Origin: Selaginella moellendorffii
Lineage: Eukaryota; Plantae; Lycopodiophyta
Assembly (NCBI RefSeq): GCF_000143415.4
Contig: NW_003314395.1
Span: 124,001 to 188,000 of the forward strand
Length of the DNA: 64,000 nt
Reading direction: 5' to 3'
Shown here: positions 54,218-64,000 of the stretch, one piece after another
How the letters are laid out: the number at the start of each line of letters is the position of its first letter
Position numbering within the stretch: position 1 is the stretch's first letter
Made by a program: the position numbers and the translations under genes
The notes under the pieces: model-generated
Databases searched by the model: none
Told to the model about the DNA's origin: nothing
The model's input: the letters and a program-made list of their open reading frames with translations, nothing else

Positions 54218-55114
54218 TTACATAATCTTGCAAATCAAGTTCCTGGTAAACAGCTCGCTGGTGTTGTTCACGATCCAGGGGTGACCAAGCACTTGCTCCA
54301 CCGTCAGCCTCCGGCTCGGATAAACCTCCAACATCCCCATGATCAAATCCTTTGCCTCGCTCGACACATCACTCCAATCCAGTGCAAACTCCACATTGTC
54401 CACGCTTTTCAGCAATAACTCCACATAATCAGAGTGGTATTCAGGGAACGCCACCCTTCCGCTAACGAGCTCATATAGAATGAGTCCGAGCCCCCAAACG
54501 TCCACCGCTTGAGTGTAGTATTTCGGCCATCCGCCCTCACCAGCCCTGAGAACATCTGGCGACATATACCCAGGGGTGCCACAAAGGTGGTGCATCTCGT
54601 CTGCCCGGTCAGTCGCAACCCCAAAGTCAGACAGCTTCACCTCGTAAGGTTGCGCTGGATGCGTCAGCAAAACGTTTTCCAGCTTCATATCCCTGTGCAC
54701 CACCCCAAGGTTGTGCATCTCCCTCAGCGTCTCGGCCAGGCTCTTGGTCACAAACGCCGCCTCGTCATCCGCCAGCCTCCCCACCATCTTGAGCCTGTCC
54801 CGGAGAGTGCACGAGCAGAGCTCCAAGATTAGGGATCCCCACCAGCGGCCCTTGCGCTCCTCCTCGACCATGTCGTAGATCTCTAGTGTACCATGGCAGC
54901 CATTGAGTTTGAGCATGATTTCCTTCTCTCTCTCACCCGACCTCTCGAAGCTCTTAGCCGCTAGCAACTTACCACCCATTCTAAAGCTTACAAGGTGTAC
55001 AGTACCTTGCCCTCCCTTTCCAAGCTCAAAACCCACATCGTACATCTTCCTCAACGACGACAGCTCCTCGCTCACAACCAACTCACCAGTCTCGACCGCT
55101 CTCCACACAGTCAT
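54218..55114 (-). CDS. Intronless Ser/Thr kinase, copy 2
   Basis: Protein differs from copy 1 at only a couple of residues. Confidence 0.92.
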   Translation of the reverse strand: MTVWRAVETGELVVSEELSSLRKMYDVGFELGKGGQGTVHLVSFRMGGKLLAAKSFERSGEREKEIMLKLNGCHGTLEIYDMVEEERKGRWWGSLILELCSCTLRDRLKMVGRLADDEAAFVTKSLAETLREMHNLGVVHRDMKLENVLLTHPAQPYEVKLSDFGVATDRADEMHHLCGTPGYMSPDVLRAGEGGWPKYYTQAVDVWGLGLILYELVSGRVAFPEYHSDYVELLLKSVDNVEFALDWSDVSSEAKDLIMGMLEVYPSRRLTVEQVLGHPWIVNNTSELFTRNLICKIM

Positions 55115-55193
55115 GGCGAGATTAAACAACGATTATTAGCGTGACCTAAAGGGAACTGCCTTTAAGTCTTGATCAAACCAGATTGAGTTATGA

Positions 55194-55759
55194 TCAAGAC
55201 TTGCAGACCTTTGCGGTGAATTCCACGACATAGAGATTGTTTCCTTTGCTCGTTTCTTTCGCTGTGCCCGTGGCTCCTTCAAATCTTCCGGTGCCACCAA
55301 CGATGGCGAAAAGAGCTTGAGATCCAGCGGTCGAGCTCCCGGCCTCGTCTTGAAACTCGAGGCTGCTACCATCAGCAAAGGAGCAATGCGAGGACTGGAA
55401 GCTCCCCAGGCCGGTGTTTGCGAGGATTCCCATGTATGTGTCCATGCATAACCTGGTATAGCCCTTGGTGGAGACCAAGAATGGGGCTGCGAATGTCTGC
55501 ATTGATCCGGGTCTACCAGCGTTGTCTTTGGGAAGAACGTAGAACTCGTTTTGGTTGATCCCCGTGTCCGTAAACAGGGACTGGCCTTGGAAGGTGTAGG
55601 TCTTGCACTGTTTCACAAGATCCAGATGGTAGAAATTCTTAAGATCTTGACTAGCAATGCAAAGCATGGATAAGAAAATGGAGTCTATACCTTGATGGAC
55701 GATGCTGATGTCGCTAATGCCAGGATGATTAAGAAGATCCCAATTCCAGAGGAGGCCAT
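55194..55759 (-). CDS. Secreted dirigent/allene-oxide-cyclase-fold protein, copy 2 (intact; intron 55608-55690; 160 aa)
   Basis: Signal peptide MASSGIGIFLIILALATSASSIK; FADGSSLEFQ and FAIVGGTGRFEGATGTA (dirigent GGTG motif). Confidence 0.8.
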
Positions 55760-56265
55760 TTGGCCTATTATGTAGAATTCTCTAGCCTAGAGCTCTCCAT
55801 ATCTTAGATAAATAGAAAGATACCAGAGTACACGTGAAATACGTGAGCGTCGATCCATTAACACTGGGCCGAGGCTGAAGAAGGACGAGATTGTGAAACA
55901 AAACTTGGCAGGAAGAGCTCGTGCATGTCGCCGTTGGTTTCTCGACACAACAGTTGAGGATAATTTGTTCGATCTCTCAAGTATAGAACTGTGCATTTCA
56001 TATTAGTCCCAGCTGCACCACACAGGGCATATCAAAATGTGTGGACTACAAAAATTTGAATTCCCATATAATCTCAAAAAGAAATAACAAGGAAAAAGTC
56101 TCTTCGGAGACACCAGATAAAATTGGAACGATAACAAGGAAAAAAAAAAGGAATGAGATCCTATACTAGTTATCTACCTTTAAACCTCGCATCTGGATCG
56201 TACTTTAGTCTCCTACAAACATCCAAGAACCATGGTTCTGCTTCAATTTTTTCACGTTTAAGTTC

Positions 56266-56793
56266 ATGGCAGAAGGGGCAACGATTGCTAATTCTAATGA
56301 GGCTAACGGGAAAGAATCATTGAAGCTGGCCAAATTGCTGATTACACCTTTCACTTTTGTGGCTTCCACATGACTCCAGTCGGGAATCTCCCTTATCAGA
56401 GAGAATGCAACGCCCGCAGAGAAGGGGCGTTGCTTCCACCTCTTTATGGCTCCAACCATCTCCGTATTTGGATTGGCAGGGTGTATGATAGCAATTGTTG
56501 ATAACAAGGAAAGAAAAGCTCAGGAGCTCGACAATCTCATGTCCTTTCTTTAGGTGATCTTCTTTGCAAGCTTGTCTATGATGATGTTGCTGCTCCTCTT
56601 CAGCCTCCTGTATGTTGTCTACGACATCAGCGAAACGAAGGCATCGTGGTCAATAATGGGTGCGTATTTAGTTTTGGTCGTTGTAGTCTTTACTGGTTCC
56701 CACGTGAAAAAGCTATTCCAAAGGATGAGGATTCCTCTGAGAGGCACTCCTGTCATTTTACTTATCATCTTTGCTGCTAATACATATGGATAG
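56266..56793 (+). pseudogene. PGG-like membrane protein type B with in-frame stops (56371, 56551)
   Basis: MAEGATIANSNEANGKESLKLAKLLITPFTFVAST*LQSG...; paralogous to 50251-50787. Confidence 0.75.
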
Positions 56794-57065
56794 ATTTACA
56801 ATTTCCTTTGTTACAGAGATTGTTTTTGTTTGTTTGCTCGTTTCTCTCGCAGTGCTGTGGCTCCTTCAAACCTTATGGTGCCTCCGACAATGGCGAAAAG
56901 AGCTTAAGAGGGGGCTGCCAATGTCTTCATTGACCGCATGGATAAGAAAATGGAGGACGATGATGTCGCTAATGCTCATCCATTTCTTAGATACATAGAA
57001 AAATAGTGGCATGAATCTTGGGAGATTTTGATGAGGGGGTTTAAAGGTTTTAGTAGCTGCTCGTG

Positions 57066-57750
57066 GGCAATGCAGCAACACCACGAGTGGGCGGGGCTCC
57101 GGTCGTGGAGGTCCCCGGCGGCGCCACCCAATGAGCGGCGCCGCTGGGGGGATGCCGGCCCTGAGATGGTGGCGACTCCCTTAGATCACGCTGGTTCTTT
57201 CTCTCCTCCCCCTCGCAGCCTCGCGGAACGGGGCGCCTTGATCCTCGCCACCCCTCGTCCACTCTCCAAAGCCCACTTGACGCACCACGCTTACAAGCTT
57301 TGGTGCAGTGGTGCTCTTCCGATTGGTGTAGCGGCCGCCATGGATTCTCCCGCAAGGCCAGAGCAGCCTCAGCTGGTAAGATTCTCCAAAGTTCTGGGGA
57401 TATCTCCCAGCGTTCATATGATCCATAACTTGGCACACATCGAGCTCAACGCCGTGGATCTTGCATGGGACACTGTGGTGCGCTTCTCGGCGTCGGGTGG
57501 CGAGCTCGATTCGCAGTTTTTCGCGGATTTTGCTCACGTTGCGGACGACGAGAGCCGGCATTTCTGCTGGTGCGAGCAGCGATTGAAGGAGCTTGGTTCC
57601 AGGTATTTAGAAACTTGTAGTTTTCTCTTCATTTTTCGTTTCTTTACCATAGTTACGGAGATGTTCCGGCGCACAATTTGCTCTGGAAGGATTGCCAGAA
57701 AACTTCTGGAAGCGTGGATGCTCGTCTCGCAGTTATGCCAATGGTCCAGG
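57066..57750 (+). pseudogene. DUF455 ferritin-like (diiron) gene fragment
   Basis: HNLAHIELNAVDLAWD, VADDESRHF and YGDVPAHNLLW...RLAVMPMVQ; truncated at the rearrangement junction. Confidence 0.75.
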
Positions 57751-57914
57751 TGCCTATACGCTTCCACTTGAAGAGCTAAGAACTATTCTACCAAGCAACG
57801 AAAGTAGAAATAGAAGGAATGGCAAAACGGGGATCAACCAAAACGAGTTCTACGTTCTTCCCAAAGACAACACTGGTAGACCCGGATCAATGCAGACATT
57901 CGCAGCCCCATTCT

Positions 57915-59474
57915 TGCCAATCTCAGGGCGGACATGACACTCGCGGGCTTCGATGGTTTCAGGATCCAGAGGTCGGACCAGAGCTTTCTCTTTTTGGGCG
58001 ATGGAAGCGACGACGGCAAGCTCCCTTCCGGGACCCTCTGTGTTCTCAGCCACAAAGAGAAGGAGATCATGAACGCTTTGGACGGTGCCGGAGTCCAGCC
58101 CACGGAGTCCGAGATCGCGCAAGAGGTGGCGGTTTTGTCACAAACCAATATCTACAGGCCGGGGATCGATGTCACACAGGCCGAGCTCCAGCCGCATTTG
58201 ACGTGGAGGAGGCAAGAGAAAACCGAGATGGTGGGCTCGTGGAAGGCGAAGATATACGACATGCATCATGTGACTGTCAGTGTCCGGTCGCGAAGGGTTC
58301 CAGGAGCCATGACAGACGAGGAGCTGTTCGCTTCAGAAGAGGCCGAGGGAGAGGACGACGAAGACTACACCGATCTTCTAACCGAGGAGGAGAAGCAGCA
58401 ACTGGACTCGGCGCTCAAGGCCGAGAATGGCGAGTTTATCGAGAAGGGATTTGACAAGGGTGGCAAGGACAACAGCAAGCTTCGCAGGCGCTTGGAGAAC
58501 GGGGGGGATGATATTATATTGGACGGATTGCTCGACGATGATATGAGCGTAGGGGGTGCTTCGTCTGGCTCGGATATCCACAGGGAGGACAGGAAAAGCT
58601 GGTTTAGCTGGGGGAAGAAGAGCGTCAAGCATGAAAACGCAAAGAAGGTGGAGCCGGCAAGGAAGTCTCTCAGCGTAGAAGTAGAGCGGGGTGGCAGGAA
58701 TAACAGCAGAAAGTCTTTCGACAGGCGACCATCGAATTATAGAGCGGAGGACACATTCGAGCTCAAGAAAGGATACATGGACAAGCCTGCCAGGAAGAGC
58801 GTAAGCAGGGAGTCGATTCACAAGCCTGGAAAGGCTGGCGCCGAAAACGAGTACCAGAAGGGATTGAGGCCGGTGCTCTGGCTCACGCCGGATTTTCCTC
58901 TGAGCACTGAGGAGTTTGTGCCGCTGCTGGACATCCTGTCCAACAAAGTGAAAGCGATCCGGAGGCTACGTGAGCTCTTGACAACCAAGCTACCGACTGG
59001 AACGTTTCCAGTCAAGGTAAGTTTATTTTCTTTTCTCGTTTCTCCAGTTCTTCGGTGACCAAAGTTTGTTTCTTTTTTCCTTCGTCTCAGCTGGCCATAC
59101 CAGTAGTCCCTACCATCAGAGTCGTCGTGACTTTCACTCGCTTTGACGAGATCCGCGCGCCGTCGGAGGAGTTTTCCACGCCACTCTCGAGTCCTCGCCA
59201 CTTCCAAGACGCAAAAGCCAAGGAGGGGGATGCTCCGCAAGCACAGGCATCATCGGCGAGTTCATGGTTTTCGTGGATGCGACCTCACAGCCAGGCAAGC
59301 TCGTCGGCGGTGTCGGACGATCACGGGCCCGACTTGGTGGATCCGTTTCTCATCCCCAGTGACTACACCTGGGTGGACGTGAACGAGAAGAAGCGGCGAG
59401 CCAAGGACAAGAAATCGAAGAGCAAGAAGAATAAGAAGCCTCCTCCAGCGCAGGGAGAGACAACGAAGGGCTAG
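57915..59474 (+). pseudogene. 5'-truncated duplicate of the ANKRD13-like gene (ankyrin repeats missing)
   Basis: Near-identical to 48592-50151 at offset +9323. Confidence 0.85.
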
Positions 59475-59573
59475 TCTGCTTGCTAGCTCTCACAAGTTAC
59501 AACAAACAAAGGCTTTTGGATTTTTTTTTTGTAGGCGATTTACCACACGAAATGAAATTCTTGTGTTCTTTCT

Positions 59574-60109
59574 TCACTTCTTGTATAGGGTGTAACCATA
59601 CAAATTAGCAGCGAGGATGATCAGGAGCGTGATATAATTGCCCCTCACAGGAATTCTCATCAGCTTTTTCACGTAGGAACCAACGAGGATTAGAATGCCG
59701 ACGAGAAAACACGCACCCATGGTCGACCACGATGCCTTCGCGTCGCTAAAGTCGTAGACAACATAGAGGAGGCTGAAAAGGAGTGGTGTCATCATCACGG
59801 ACAAGCTCGCAAAGAAGATCATCCACATAGAGAGCATGAGCTTTTTGGCCTCTAGAGCTTTTCCCTGACCGTTATCAAGAAATGCTATTAGACACCATGC
59901 CAATCCAAATGCCGAGATGGTTGAAGCGAGAAGGAAGTGGAAGCAACGCCCCTTTTCCACTGGTGTGGCATTCTCTTTGATGAGGGAGATCCCTGACTGG
60001 AGGCATGTAGAAGCCACAAAAGTGAAAGGCGTAATCAGCAATTTGGCAAACTTCAATGCTTCTTTGTGGGGGCAGCATTAGCTTCTCCAATCTTTCCCAC
60101 TTCTTCCAT
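59574..60109 (-). pseudogene. PGG-like type A, unit 3 (1-bp deletion near 60067)
   Basis: 536 bp versus 537 bp in unit 1. Confidence 0.7.
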
Positions 60110-60455
60110 TAAACTCAAAGTCCTTCCCCTGCAAGCTGCCGATTTTGTTGAGCGGGATGATGAGAGTGCTAATCTGGATCACATGGCCTTGATCGACCAG
60201 CAAAACACACTATATATTCTTTAGATTCCGTGGAATGCCTTGAATCGGTATTTGCCGCACGATAAGCGACTTGCCACGACTTGCCACAAATAATCATATG
60301 TATACGTTTCTTTGTTTTGTTCTTACAAGTCAAACTGATTCTGGCATTTTGCTACATGAATAGCAACCGGAAACAAATCTCTGCAAAATGGCAAGTGTCA
60401 CTTGATTTTACATGGGGATCCGATAACCTACAAACAGTTTCTTTGTGTCTTGTTC

Positions 60456-61352
60456 TTACATAATCTTGCAAATCAAGTTCCTGGTAAACAGCTCGCTGGT
60501 GTTGTTCACGATCCAGGGGTGACCAAGCACTTGCTCCACCGTCAGCCTCCGGCTCGGATAAACCTCCAACATCCCCATGATCAAATCCTTTGCCTCGCTC
60601 GACAGATCACTCCAATCCAATGCAAACTCCACATTGTCCACGCTTTTCAGCAATAACTCCACATAATCAGAGTGGTATTCAGGGAACGCCACCCTTCCGC
60701 TAACGAGCTCATATAGAATGAGTCCGAGCCCCCAAACGTCCACCGCTTGAGTGTAGTATTTCGGCCATCCGCCCTCACCAGCCCTGAGAACATCTGGCGA
60801 CATATACCCAGGGGTGCCACAAAGGTGGTGCATCTCGTCTGCCCGGTCAGTCGCAACCCCAAAGTCAGACAGCTTCACCTCGTAAGGTTGTGCTGGATGC
60901 GTCAGCAAAACGTTTTCCAGCTTCATATCCCTGTGCACCACCCCAAGGTTGTGCATCTCCCTCAGCGTCTCGGCCAGGCTCTTGGTCACAAACGCCGCCT
61001 CGTCATCCGCCAGCCTCCCCACCATCTTGAGCCTGTCCCGGAGAGTGCACGAGCAGAGCTCCAAGATTAGGGATCCCCACCAGCGGCCCTTGCGCTCCTC
61101 CTCGACCATGTCGTAGATCTCTAGTGTACCATGGCAGCCATTGAGTTTGAGCATGATTTCCTTCTCTCTCTCACCCGACCTCTCGAAGCTCTTAGCCGCT
61201 AGCAACTTACCACCCATTCTAAAGCTTACAAGGTGTACAGTGCCTTGCCCTCCCTTTCCAAGCTCAAAACCCACATCGTACATCTTCCTCAACGACGACA
61301 GCTCTTCGCTCACAACCAACTCACCAGTCTCGACCGCTCTCCACACAGTCAT
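60456..61352 (-). CDS. Intronless Ser/Thr kinase, copy 3
   Basis: Essentially identical protein to copies 1 and 2. Confidence 0.92.
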   Translation of the reverse strand: MTVWRAVETGELVVSEELSSLRKMYDVGFELGKGGQGTVHLVSFRMGGKLLAAKSFERSGEREKEIMLKLNGCHGTLEIYDMVEEERKGRWWGSLILELCSCTLRDRLKMVGRLADDEAAFVTKSLAETLREMHNLGVVHRDMKLENVLLTHPAQPYEVKLSDFGVATDRADEMHHLCGTPGYMSPDVLRAGEGGWPKYYTQAVDVWGLGLILYELVSGRVAFPEYHSDYVELLLKSVDNVEFALDWSDLSSEAKDLIMGMLEVYPSRRLTVEQVLGHPWIVNNTSELFTRNLICKIM

Positions 61353-61431
61353 GGCGAGATTAAACAACGATTATTAGCGTGACCTAAAGGGAACTGCCTT
61401 TAAGTCTTGATCAAACCAGATTGAGTTATGA

Positions 61432-61995
61432 TCAAGACTTGCAGACCTTTGCGGTGAATTCCACGACATAGAGATTGTTTCCTTTGCTTGTTTCTTTCGC
61501 TGTGCCCGTGGCTCCTTCAAGTCTTCTGGTGCCACCAACGATGGCGAAGAGAGCTTGAGATCCAGCGGTCGAGCTCCCGGCCTCGCCTTGAAACTCGAGG
61601 CTGCTACCATCAGCAAAGGAGCAATGCGAGGACTGGAAGCTCCCCAGGCCGGTGTTTGCAAGGATTCCCATGTATGTCCCCATGGATAACCTGGTATAGC
61701 CCTTGGTGGAGACCGAGAATGGGGCTGCGAATGTCTGCATTGATCCGGGTCTACCAGCGTTGTCTTTGGGAAGAACGTAGAACTCGGTTTCGTTGATCCC
61801 CGTGTCCGTAAAATAGGGACTGGCCTTGGAAGGTGTAGGTCTTGCACTGTTTCACAACTTCACAAGATTCAGATGGTAGAAATCCTTAAGATCTGCAAAG
61901 CATCGATAAGAAAATGGAATTTATACCTTGGAGGACGATGCTGATGTCGCTAATGCCAGGATGATCAAAAAGATCCCAATTCCAGAGGAGGCCAT
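61432..61995 (-). pseudogene. Dirigent-like protein, copy 3 (+1 A near 61812; GGTG changed to GGTR)
   Basis: Comparison with 55194-55759. Confidence 0.7.
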
Positions 61996-62767
61996 TTGCC
62001 CCATTGTGTAGAATGCTCTAGCCTAGAGCTCTCCATATCTTAGATAAATAGATAGATACCAGAGTACACGTGAAATACGTGAGCGTCGATCCATTAACAC
62101 TGGGCCGAGGCTGAAGAAGGACGAGATTGTGAAACAAAACTTGGCAGGAAGAGCTCGTGCATGTCGCCGTTGGTTTCTCGACACAACAGTCAAGGATAAT
62201 TTGTTCAATCTCTCAAGTATAGAACTGTGCATTTTATATTAGTCCCAGCTGCACCATACAGGGCATATCAAAATGTGTGGACTACAAAAATTTGAATTCC
62301 CATATAATCTCAAAAAGACATAACAAGGAAAAAAAAGGAATGAGATCCTATACTAGTTATCTACCTTTAAACCTCGCAGCTGGATCACACTTTAGTCTCC
62401 TACAAAATCCAAGAACCAGGTTCTGCTTCACTTTTTTCACGTTTAAGTTCATGGCAGAAGGGGCAACAATTGCTAATTCTAATGAGGCTAACGGGACGAA
62501 GCTGGCCCACGAGCATTTAAAACCCCCTCATCAAAATCTTCCAAGATTCATACCACTATTTTTCCATGTATCTAAGAAATGGATGAGCATTAGCGACATC
62601 ATCATCCTCCATTTTCTTATCTATGCGATCAATGAAGACATTGGCAGCCCCTCTTAAGCTCTTTTGTCAGAGGCACCATAAGGTTTGAAGGAGCCACAGC
62701 ACTGCGAGAGAAACGAGCAAAAAAACAAAAACAATCTCTGTAACAAAGAAATTGTAAATCTATTACG

Positions 62768-63344
62768 TTAAAAATTAAGTCTTTTATTTAAAGTGTACCT
62801 ATACGTGTTAGCAGCAAAGATGATAAGTAAAATGACAGGAGTGCCTTTCAGAGGAATCCTCATCCTTTGGAACAGCTTTTTCACGTAGGAACCAGTGAAG
62901 ACTACAACGACCAAAGCTAAATATGCACTCAATATTGACCACGATGCCTTGGTTCCGATGAAATCGTATACCACATACAGGAGGCTGAAGAGGAGCGGCA
63001 ACATCATCGTAGACAAGCTTGAAAAGAAGATCACCCAAAGAGAAGACATGAGATTGTCGAGCTCCTGAGCTTTTCTTTCCTTGTTATCAACAATTGCTAT
63101 CATACACCCAAATATGGAGATAGTTGCAGCCATAAAGAGGTGGAAGCAACGCCCCTTATCCGCGGGTGTTGCATTCTCTCTGATCTTCTGTGCCACGTGG
63201 CAGGCGGCCCCCTCCCAGGCTGAGGCTCAGCCTGCGCCTTCTCCACGTGCTTTGGGCCCGGGAGAGTCCTCCCCGATGAGGGAGATTCCCAACTGGAGAC
63301 ATGTGGAAGCCACAAAAGTGAAAGGTGTAATCAGCAATTTGGCC
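62768..63344 (-). pseudogene. Inverted PGG-like type B body with a 93-bp insertion
   Basis: Reverse complement of 56328-56790; its 5' end remains on the + strand at about 62451-62505. Confidence 0.75.
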
Positions 63345-63566
63345 AATCGCGCCACTATTAACAATGCCACTAGAAGAAAATTTTACACCAACTTTCATAA
63401 GGTAATGCGACTACCCACTGCATGTTCAGCCATTTAAAGCATATTTCCGGGACAAACAACAAACTCCGAGAGGGAAAGACGAGAGAGAGACACTCAAGGT
63501 CTCATTTTTAGTCTTGATTCTTTTGATTTCCTCTCGAACAAACGCAGCAAGCAGGGAAGAGATCTC

Positions 63567-64000
63567 ATGGGTCTACAGGGAGAAGTAAGATTGAGCGGTC
63601 TCAAAGTGAAAGTCCACAAGATCTCGACGGTGGTTCCAGCCGGAGAGACCGAGCAATGCACGCTCTTCATGTCCAACATCGACCAGGTACTGGCTTACTA
63701 TGTCGAGACACCTACCATTTCTTGGCTGGGAGATTCAAGCTCAATCCCAAGCTGGGGAGGATGGAGCTGGAATGCAACCTCGAAGGGATCTCTTATCTGG
63801 GCGATACCAGTGTTCCAAATCAGCTCTTCCGCAATCTCGTTCTCCTTCCGTACGAAGGCAAGGCTCTCAACGATGCTCCTCTCATCATAATCCAGGTTCG
63901 TTCCTTGTTTTTCTAGCGTTTGTTCTTCGTTCTTCCTTGGAGAGAGCTTGGTTTCTTTGGGTGTTGGAATGCATGAGGATCGTATGGTTGCTCCGCTGCC
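63567..64000 (+). pseudogene. BAHD acyltransferase fragment (deleted and frameshifted)
   Basis: TVVPAGET..TLFMSNIDQVL, then after a frame change YHFLAGRFK...MELECNLEG and APLIIIQ|GT. Confidence 0.7.

Larger units (their letters stand above)
57915..62760. repeat. Direct segmental duplication of about 48592-53390
   Basis: Same gene order and near-identical sequence (ANKRD13 3' part, PGG-A, kinase, dirigent, inverted remnant). Confidence 0.9.

Noticed and set aside
55194-64000. Dirigent + DUF455 + BAHD as a lignan biosynthetic cluster
   Set aside because: DUF455 and BAHD are broken fragments, no oxidase is present, and they are not part of the repeated unit.

Overview
Gene-dense plant nuclear DNA with very short introns (about 50-80 bp). 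The organism is probably a seed-free vascular plant such as the lycophyte Selaginella; this is inferred from intron size, a PLS-class PPR gene, a betaine-lipid BTA1 domain and a RAM1-type GRAS gene. 1-17.9 kb is repeat-rich: two same-family Ty3/Gypsy elements lie head-to-head 4 bp apart, followed by an MPP-alpha pseudogene, more Gypsy debris and an AT-rich intronless secreted-protein gene. 17.9-50.2 kb is a compact run of conserved genes: DUF1118/RIQ, a KASH-like tail-anchored protein, GRX-like, MYB-CC/PHL, p23, DUF1997, REV7, RAM1, eIF2B-beta, PPR, a stand-alone BtaB domain, UNC-93-like MFS, DUF6737, ISWI, a thiamine-diphosphate carrier and ANKRD13-like. A second AT-rich island here holds a bulb-lectin gene with one in-frame TGA. 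50.2-63.4 kb holds the most unusual feature: three copies of a co-oriented, tightly spaced module (secreted dirigent-like protein, intronless CAMK-type kinase, stand-alone PGG-like multi-pass membrane protein), with inversions, chimeras and filler fragments. A broken BAHD acyltransferase ends the window. Family assignments come from motif recognition and recall; no searches were run, and exon boundaries are hand-derived.
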